The translations under genes and the position numbers were made by a program. From Clostridia bacterium (GTDB lineage: Bacteria > Bacillota > Clostridia > TANB77 > CAG-508), in the NCBI GenBank assembly GCA_045650705.1, contig JAZRRK010000037.1, positions 12,151-76,150 on the forward strand: a DNA stretch of 64,000 bases, given 5' to 3'. A model generated the notes under the pieces. The model was given only the letters and a program-made list of their open reading frames with translations, did not search any database and was not told the origin of the DNA. Shown here one piece after another: positions 59,469 through 64,000 of the stretch (the first letter of the stretch is position 1; each line of letters starts with the position of its first letter).

Positions 59469-59500
59469 AAATTATCTCCTCCTAGCATTCATTATTCACT

Positions 59501-59530
59501 AAAAATCCCCGGCTTTGCCGAGGATTTTTT
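59501..59530 (-). terminator. rpoC terminator.
   Basis: Stem aaaaatccccgg/ccgaggattttt (one mismatch) directly after the rpoC stop. Confidence 0.65.
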
Positions 59531-59531
59531 A

Positions 59532-62500
59532 CTATTCTTCTGTTGCTTCATTTCCTGTTGTTATATTTTTGTCTCTATACATTGTTAGTCCTGTTCCTGC
59601 TGGAATTAATTTTCCTATGATTACGTTTTCTTTTAGTCCTATTAATGAATCTCTCTTTCCTTTTATTGCTGCTTCTGTTAATACTCTTGTTGTTTCTTGG
59701 AAAGATGCTGCTGACAAGAAGCTTTCTGTTGCTAATGATGCCTTTGTTATTCCTAATAATACCCTTTGACCTTTTGCAGGCATTTTTCCTTCTTGTTCAA
59801 TATTTTTATTTTCTTCATTAAATTCATTAATATCAACTAATGAACCAACAAACATGCTAGTGTCTCCACTATCTTCAATCTTTATTTTCTTTAACATCTG
59901 TCTAGATATAATTTCAATATGCTTGTCGTTTATATCAACACCTTGGTTTCTATAAACTTTTTGTACTTCTGATGTTAAGTATTCAAATACTCCCTCTGGT
60001 CCTTTTATTGCTAATATTTCATTTGGATTTATTGTTCCTTCTGTTATAGGATCTCCTGCTTTTATATAGTCTCCATTTTTTACTCTTAGTTTAGATCCAA
60101 AGCTTATTGTATATGTTTTTGAGTCATCTTCACCTGTTACTGTAACTTCTTTTCTCTTCTTAGAGTCTTCTATTTTTACAGTTCCATTTATTTCAGAAAT
60201 TACTGCTAATCCCTTTGGTTTTCTAGCTTCAAATAACTCTTCAACCCTTGGAAGACCTTGTGTAATATCTCCTCCTGCAACACCACCTGTATGGAATGTT
60301 CTCATTGTAAGCTGTGTACCAGGCTCACCAATTGATTGTGCAGCTATAATTCCAACTGCTTCTCCTATATTTACTATTTTTCTTGTTGCTAATCCCATAC
60401 CATAGCATTTACTACATACACCATGTTTTGTATGGCATCCTAAAACTGAACGTACTTTTACTTTTGTAATTCCAGCTTCTATTATTTTATCTGCTATGTT
60501 TGGTAATATTAATGTATCTTTATCTACTATTAATTCTCCTGTTTGTGGATCTTTAATATCTTCATATGGGAATCTTCCTACTAATCTTTCATGTAATTTT
60601 TCTATTATTTGATTTCCATCTTTAATGTCTTCTATTTCAATATATTCCTCTGTTCCACAATCTTCTTCTCTTACTATTATGTCTTGGCTAACATCAACCA
60701 ATCTTCTTGTTAAATATCCAGAGTCGGCTGTTCTTAATGCTGTATCTGCTAAACCTTTTCTAGCACCGTGTGATGAAATGAAGTATTCTAGAACGTCTAA
60801 TCCCTCTCTAAAGCATGCTTTGATTGGAATTTCAACGGCTTTACCTGATGTATTTGCCATAAGTCCACGCATACCTGCAATCTGACGTAACTGATTCATA
60901 TTACCTCTTGCTCCTGATTGTGCCATCATGAATATTGGATTTAGTTCATCAAAATTGTCTTTCATTGCATCTGTTACATCACCTGTTGCTTTTTCCCAAA
61001 CTTTAATTACTGACTCATATCTTTCATCATCTGTAATTAAACCACGTTTGTATTGTTTTGCTATATTCTCTACTTCTGCTTCTGCATTTGCTAAGATTTC
61101 TTTTTTTGCTTCTGGAACTGCAACGTCAGCAACTGACACTGTTATAGCACCTTTTGTTGAATATTTGAAACCTGTTGCTTTTATATAGTCTAATAACTCT
61201 GCTGAAACATTTAATCCATGTTTATCTATACATTTTGCTATAATAGTTCCTAAATTTTTCTTCATAACTGGGAAGTTTATTTCTAATTCAAATGCATTTT
61301 CTGGATTGCTTCTATCTACAAATCCTAAATCTTGTGGGATTCCTTGATTATATATTAATCTTCCAACTGTTGTTTCTATTGTTTTTGTTACAATTTCTCC
61401 TTCTATTTCTTTTGTTCTTCTAACTTTTATTTTTGCATGAAGTCCTAAGTCTCCATTTTGGTATGCCATCATAGCTTCGTCTTCGTCTATGCAGTACATA
61501 CCTTCTCCTTTTTCTCCAGCTACTTCCATTGTTAAATAGTAACTTCCTAAAATCATATCTTGTGTTGGAACCGTTACTGGTTTACCATCTTGTGGTTTCA
61601 ATAAGTTATTTACTGATAACATTAAATATCTTGCTTCTGCTTGTGCTTCTGGTGATAATGGAACGTGAACTGCCATTTGGTCACCGTCGAAGTCAGCGTT
61701 GAAAGCTGTACATACTAATGGATGAAGTTTTAATGCTCTTCCTTCTACTAATACTGGTTCGAATGCTTGAATACCTAATCTATGTAGTGTTGGAGCACGG
61801 TTTAACATTACAGGGTGGTCTTTTATAACCTCTTCTAATATTCCCCATACTTCTGGATTTAATTTTTCTACCATTCTTTTAGCACTTTTAATGTTATGAG
61901 CTAACCCGCTTGCAACTAATACTTTCATTACAAATGATTTGAATAACTCTATTGCCATTTCTTTTGGTAATCCACATTGATATATTTTAAGTTCTGGTCC
62001 TACTACGATAACTGAACGTCCTGAATAGTCAACCCTTTTTCCAAGTAAGTTTTGTCTAAAACGTCCTTGTTTTCCTTTTAACATATCTGATAATGATTTT
62101 AATGGTCTATTTCCAGCTCCTGTTACTGGTCTTCCACGTCTTCCATTATCCATTAGGGCATCAACAGATTCTTGTAACATTCTCTTTTCATTTCTAACAA
62201 TTATCTCTGGTGCTCCTAATTCTAATAATCTTTTTAATCTGTTATTTCTATTTAGTACTCTTCTATATAAATCATTTAAGTCTGATGTTGCAAATCTTCC
62301 TCCATCTAATTGAACCATTGGTCTAATATCTGGTGGAATTACTGGTATAACATTTAATACCATCCACTCTGGTTTGTTTCCAGATAGTAAAAAGCTTTCT
62401 ACTGTATCTAATCTTTTTATTAGTTTTGCTTTTTTCTGTTCACTAGATTCTGCTATTTCTTTCTTTAGTCTATCTGATAATTTTTGTAAGTCTACTTTTT

Positions 62501-63059
62501 GCAATAGTGCTTTTATTGCTTCTGCACCCATTTGTGCTACAAATGAATTTTTTCCATATTTTTCTTCTGCATCATGATATTCTTTTTCTGTTAATATTTG
62601 TCCTTCTGTTAATCCTGATGTTCCTTTATCTGTAACTACATATGCTGCGAAGTATATAACTTTTTCTACACTTCTTGGAGATATATCTAATATTAATGCT
62701 ACTCTACTTGGAATTCCTTTGAAATACCAAATATGTGCCACTGGTGCTGCAAGTTCAATATGTCCCATTCTTTCACGTCTTACTTTTGATTTTGTTACTT
62801 CTACACCACATCTATCACAAATTATACCTTTATATCTTACTCTTTTATATTTACCACAATGACATTCCCAATCTTTTGTAGGTCCAAATATTTTTTCACA
62901 GTATAATCCATCTTTTTCTGGTTTTAATGTTCTATAATTGATTGTCTCAGGTTTTTTTACCTCTCCCTTTGACCATTCTCTTATTTTTTCATCTGATGCT
63001 AATCCTATTTGAATTTTATCAAATATCTCTAATTCGTCTTGTTTTTGATTATTTTCCAT
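59532..63059 (-). CDS. rpoC: RNA polymerase beta' subunit.
   Basis: 1175 aa. Zn-ribbon [23 protein letters not shown] and catalytic [12 protein letters not shown]. Confidence 0.97.
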   Translation of the reverse strand: MENNQKQDELEIFDKIQIGLASDEKIREWSKGEVKKPETINYRTLKPEKDGLYCEKIFGPTKDWECHCGKYKRVRYKGIICDRCGVEVTKSKVRRERMGHIELAAPVAHIWYFKGIPSRVALILDISPRSVEKVIYFAAYVVTDKGTSGLTEGQILTEKEYHDAEEKYGKNSFVAQMGAEAIKALLQKVDLQKLSDRLKKEIAESSEQKKAKLIKRLDTVESFLLSGNKPEWMVLNVIPVIPPDIRPMVQLDGGRFATSDLNDLYRRVLNRNNRLKRLLELGAPEIIVRNEKRMLQESVDALMDNGRRGRPVTGAGNRPLKSLSDMLKGKQGRFRQNLLGKRVDYSGRSVIVVGPELKIYQCGLPKEMAIELFKSFVMKVLVASGLAHNIKSAKRMVEKLNPEVWGILEEVIKDHPVMLNRAPTLHRLGIQAFEPVLVEGRALKLHPLVCTAFNADFDGDQMAVHVPLSPEAQAEARYLMLSVNNLLKPQDGKPVTVPTQDMILGSYYLTMEVAGEKGEGMYCIDEDEAMMAYQNGDLGLHAKIKVRRTKEIEGEIVTKTIETTVGRLIYNQGIPQDLGFVDRSNPENAFELEINFPVMKKNLGTIIAKCIDKHGLNVSAELLDYIKATGFKYSTKGAITVSVADVAVPEAKKEILANAEAEVENIAKQYKRGLITDDERYESVIKVWEKATGDVTDAMKDNFDELNPIFMMAQSGARGNMNQLRQIAGMRGLMANTSGKAVEIPIKACFREGLDVLEYFISSHGARKGLADTALRTADSGYLTRRLVDVSQDIIVREEDCGTEEYIEIEDIKDGNQIIEKLHERLVGRFPYEDIKDPQTGELIVDKDTLILPNIADKIIEAGITKVKVRSVLGCHTKHGVCSKCYGMGLATRKIVNIGEAVGIIAAQSIGEPGTQLTMRTFHTGGVAGGDITQGLPRVEELFEARKPKGLAVISEINGTVKIEDSKKRKEVTVTGEDDSKTYTISFGSKLRVKNGDYIKAGDPITEGTINPNEILAIKGPEGVFEYLTSEVQKVYRNQGVDINDKHIEIISRQMLKKIKIEDSGDTSMFVGSLVDINEFNEENKNIEQEGKMPAKGQRVLLGITKASLATESFLSAASFQETTRVLTEAAIKGKRDSLIGLKENVIIGKLIPAGTGLTMYRDKNITTGNEATEE

Positions 63060-63157
63060 TGAAGTTCTCTCCCTCCTTCAAAATGCGAAGCATTTTGTAC
63101 TCTTCACTATTAACTATTCATTATTCACTCTTCACTTTTTTAGCAAATTCTTCGAGT

Positions 63158-63183
63158 ACGGACGAGCGATGCTCGCCCCTACA
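63158..63183 (-). repeat. GGGCG-stem hairpin repeat, copy 2 of 3.
   Basis: acggacgagcgatgctcgcccctaca. Confidence 0.75.
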
Positions 63184-63286
63184 TTTTCCGTCTTTGCACA
63201 TTACCTAATTTACAAAATATACACTGCTCGAACAATTCCTTCCTGTCATTTTGTGAATTTGCAATGTTTTATTTAATTATTTTATC

Positions 63287-63312
63287 ACGGACGGCAACTA
63301 GCCGCCCCTATA
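63287..63312 (-). repeat. GGGCG-stem hairpin repeat, copy 3 of 3.
   Basis: acggacggcaactagccgcccctata, ending 1 nt before the rpoB stop codon. Confidence 0.75.
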
Positions 63313-63313
63313 A

Positions 63314-64000
<687 letters not shown>

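Overview
Very AT-rich chromosomal segment of a low-GC, endospore-forming Firmicute (spo0A and spoIIID are both present). Almost every gene is on the minus strand. Recognisable housekeeping genes: rpoB (3' part), rpoC, trmL, an M18 aminopeptidase, a PBP5-type D-Ala-D-Ala carboxypeptidase, the electron-bifurcating-type [FeFe]-hydrogenase genes hydCBA, an L,D-transpeptidase, a CNNM/CorC-type transporter, dxs, ppdK, one tRNA-Gly(UCC), nth and a CaCA antiporter. Four things stand out. (1) A >17 kb single-strand operon (1-17555) holds an otherwise canonical F1 ATPase (alpha, beta, gamma, short epsilon, b/delta-like). Its c-like subunit lacks the ion-binding carboxylate, there is no a-subunit gene, and it sits between giant N-terminally anchored proteins built of fibronectin-III-like repeats. 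I consider this the best candidate for an undescribed system. (2) A ~12 kb type IV secretion/conjugation-like gene block (22.6-34.5 kb) has VirB4, VirB3-like, VirB6-like, a cysteine-peptidase hydrolase and three tandem VirB2-like pilin paralogues. It has no relaxase, coupling protein or integrase, and it abuts a stack of tRNA-Gly 3'-end fragments. (3) There are several families of intergenic structured repeats. One is a four-copy ~170-180 bp element with conserved GC-rich core blocks enclosed by 25-30 bp arms that differ between copies but stay complementary. Others are GC-rich hairpins with compensatory stem changes and a conserved G-U-only pairing on the transcribed strand, plus isolated long perfect palindromes. 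(4) A two-copy module pairs a consensus-promoter ~80 nt sRNA with a convergent 31-33 codon ORF. Two genes show frame disruptions: the giant surface protein near 971-1000 and a patatin-like lipase near 18960. All calls rest on reading the sequence, the supplied ORF translations and remembered family motifs. No database search was possible.
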